Below, piece by piece: positions 61,906 through 64,000 of a stretch of DNA of 64,000 nucleotides. The DNA comes from Selaginella moellendorffii. Lineage: Eukaryota; Plantae; Lycopodiophyta. Location of the stretch: the NCBI RefSeq assembly GCF_000143415.4, contig NW_003314342.1:643569-707568 (forward strand), read 5' to 3'. The position numbers and the translations under genes are program-made. Numbering within the stretch: the first letter of the stretch is position 1; every line of letters begins with the position of its first letter. Under the pieces are notes generated by a model, which saw nothing but the letters and a program-made list of their open reading frames with translations, was not told the DNA's origin and did not search any database.

Positions 61906-62502
61906 TGTAAGCAACCAAAGGGAACGACTCGAGAGACGATCCATTGGGGTTCAAATATAGAGGGAAAGGGCCCATGAACAAGAGTGCACCCCCTTTTCCA
62001 ATCGGTTAAGGGTCTTGGGATATTTGGGGTTAAGCGTCCTTGGGTTTGAATAGTACTGGGCTGGGTGACCTCCCGGGAAGTCCAAACTCAGGAGCTTACA
62101 TTTGGTATCAGAGAGGGTCTCGGGTCCGACTCTGTTGGTTGGCTTAGGGGAATCGCACCACATGTTGATTGACATCTGGCTGGTCCAGTTTGCTCCCACT
62201 GGGCTCGACCCGAGGGGTAGGGTGTCAAGAGAGCGAGGCTCTCGGGAGAGCTGCGGCTCTCAGCTTCCGTTCACGAGGGCGTGAACTTGCAGGGAAGCGT
62301 GGTGGATTGTAAGCAACCAAAGGGAACGACTCGAGAGACGATCCATTGGGGTTCAAATATAGAGGGAAAGGGCCCATGAACAAGAGTGCACCCCCTTTTC
62401 CAATCGGTTAAGGGTCTTGGGATATTTGGGGTTAAGCGTCCTTGGGTTTGAATAGTACTGGGCTGGGTGACCTCCCGGGAAGTCCAAACTCAGGAGCTTA
62501 CA
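61906..62502 (+). mobile_element. Cassandra-type TRIM: identical 195-bp LTRs (61906-62100, 62308-62502) carrying a 5S rRNA-derived segment; 207-bp internal domain
   Basis: TG..CA LTRs; TSD GCAAC on both sides; PBS TGGTATCAGAG (tRNA-iMet); PPT-like gggaagcgtggtgga; 5S-like GTTAAGCGTCCTTGGG..TAGTACTGGGCTGGGTGACCTCCCGGGAAGTCC. Confidence 0.95.
62029..62083 (+). promoter_or_regulatory. 5S rRNA internal control region (A box-IE-C box) copy in the 5' LTR; second copy at 62431-62485
   Basis: Matches the plant 5S rRNA segment GTTAAGCG...TAGTACT...TGGGTGACCTCCCGGGAAGTCC; lacks the 5S 5' third. Confidence 0.88.
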
Positions 62503-63432
62503 GCAACAACAAGAAGATCATAAAGACTGACTAATCTACTATGCAAGTTGAAGACTCAACTTAACCGAAATGAACTACACTACAACTGAAAAAAAAGCTC
62601 TAGCAATGATCTACACACTCCAAAAGTTTCATTACTACCTACTCAATAACTTCCTCCACCTTCTCAACAAAACAATCCTTACCAGCAGAATTGCACAATA
62701 GTTCTTACTACTTCAAGAACATAACTTCGAGATCATCTATAAGCCTAGAAGAGAATATGAACACCTAAGCCGCATTACAACCAATGAACAATTGAAACAT
62801 AATATAAATGACTTTCTTGACTCCAATATCCTTTGAATCCACACATCACCAACCTAGATGGACAACATCTACTACTACCTCATAACAACAACAATACCAA
62901 GTTGATATTCAACCTTTGACAAGCGCAAGTAATTTGTCTTGAAGACAAAACCATATTCAGTCGTGGGAAGAAAATTGTACAAGGAAGAGACAACATTTTA
63001 CAAAGATGTGCAAACCCAAAAGAAACACAAGATTTACTTGAAGAAGCCTACTATGGATAAGTAGGAGGGTATTTTACTGAAGAAATCACAGCTCAAAAAA
63101 TTTTACAAGTAAGACTTTGGTGGCTAACACTTTGGCACAACTAAGCCAAGTTCTATAAAAAATGTGACATCTACTAGTGAACCAAGTATGCACTAAAGAA
63201 ATAAACTCAAGAACTTTATCCAAAAATTCCACTCAAACCTTTTTAATGATGAGGATTCGACTTTGTTGGTCCACTTATGACAATCTCCAAGCAAAATTAG
63301 TACATTTTAATTGCAATAGATTATATGACAAAATGGGCTGAAGCTCAACCAATAAAGACTACTACAACAAAGAACACAATAAAGTTCATTTATGAAAACA
63401 TCATCACAAAATATGGCTTACCTTGAGAACTC

Positions 63433-64000
63433 TGTGAAACACAAAATCCTTAGGCCCCAAAGTGGAGCCGGAAAGGGTGCCACGTGCTAGTGGTCGAAGC
63501 GAAAGCCAAACGAGCATAACACGTTTGGACTAAAAGCTCCGACTTGGAAGGTCGAGAGCGGGAGTGGAACTCCCAACAAAGTGCTCGAAGAGCAAGCACG
63601 AGGCGGACCCGAAATGGAGTCCGATATGGAGTCTGAGATGGACCCGAAGTGGAGTCCGATATAGAGCCCGATATGGAGTCCGATATGGAGTCCGAAGTGG
63701 AGTCCGAGATGGAGTCCGATATGGAGTCCGAGATGGACCCGAAGTGGAGTCCGATATGGAGTCCGATATGGAGTCCGAGATAGAGTCTGAGATGGAGTCC
63801 GAAGTGGAGTCTGATATGGAGTCCGAGATGGAGTCCGAGATGGACCCGAGATGGATTCCGAGATGGATTCCGAGAGGGCCCCGAGATGGAGTCTGAGATG
63901 GACCCGAGATGGAGTCCGAGATGGACCCGAGATGGAGTCCGAGATGGACCCGAGATGGAGTCTGAGATGGAGTCCGAGATGGAGTCCAAGATGGAGTCCG
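63433..64000 (+). mobile_element. Start of a third family B LTR (B3) with minisatellite; runs off the window
   Basis: tgtgaaacacaaaatcc start as in B1/B2, then GATATGGAGTCC/GAGATGGACCC arrays; interrupts the integrase of the 59.7-63.4 kb gypsy. Confidence 0.9.

Larger units (their letters stand above)
59700..63432 (+). mobile_element. Highly degenerate A/C-rich Ty3/gypsy gag-pol relic
   Basis: gag LFPFTLKRKALAWYYNL; zinc knuckle WCTKCKNKGH; RT LNLDKCIFFVKSGILLEHVVSKEGI; RNaseH NYTTTEKKALAMIYTLQKF; IN GFDFVGPL..IAIDYMTKWAEA. Confidence 0.85.

Noticed and set aside
62029-62083. 5S rRNA gene
   Set aside because: Only ~55 nt of the ~120-nt gene, embedded in TRIM LTRs.

Overview
Plant nuclear DNA. 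Tightly packed genes with ~50-80 nt introns and many PLS-class PPR genes suggest a lycophyte such as Selaginella (inference, not verified). Apparently intact host genes: SmD3, a PP2C, a GT34 glycosyltransferase, a NYN+LOTUS nuclease, a PLS-E PPR and a GH29 alpha-L-fucosidase. Gene relics: UGT, GT34, PPR, an interrupted PPR-DYW, RRP5, a Harbinger transposase and an in-frame PPR::SEC16 chimera. From 38.6 kb onward the window is a nest of LTR retroelements. An internally inverted Ty3/gypsy element holds two ~6-7 kb non-coding LTR elements (family B) with minisatellite-bearing LTRs and a hairpin-rich core containing tandem tRNA T-arm/B-box motifs. A second gypsy relic holds a very young Cassandra-type TRIM (identical 195-bp LTRs with a 5S rRNA-derived segment) and the start of a third family B copy. 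An element with >=110-bp TIRs, TG..CA ends and a 5-bp TSD spans the assembly gap. The most interesting signal is this set of protein-free elements that carry Pol III RNA-derived modules (5S, tRNA-like) and share cis-signals.
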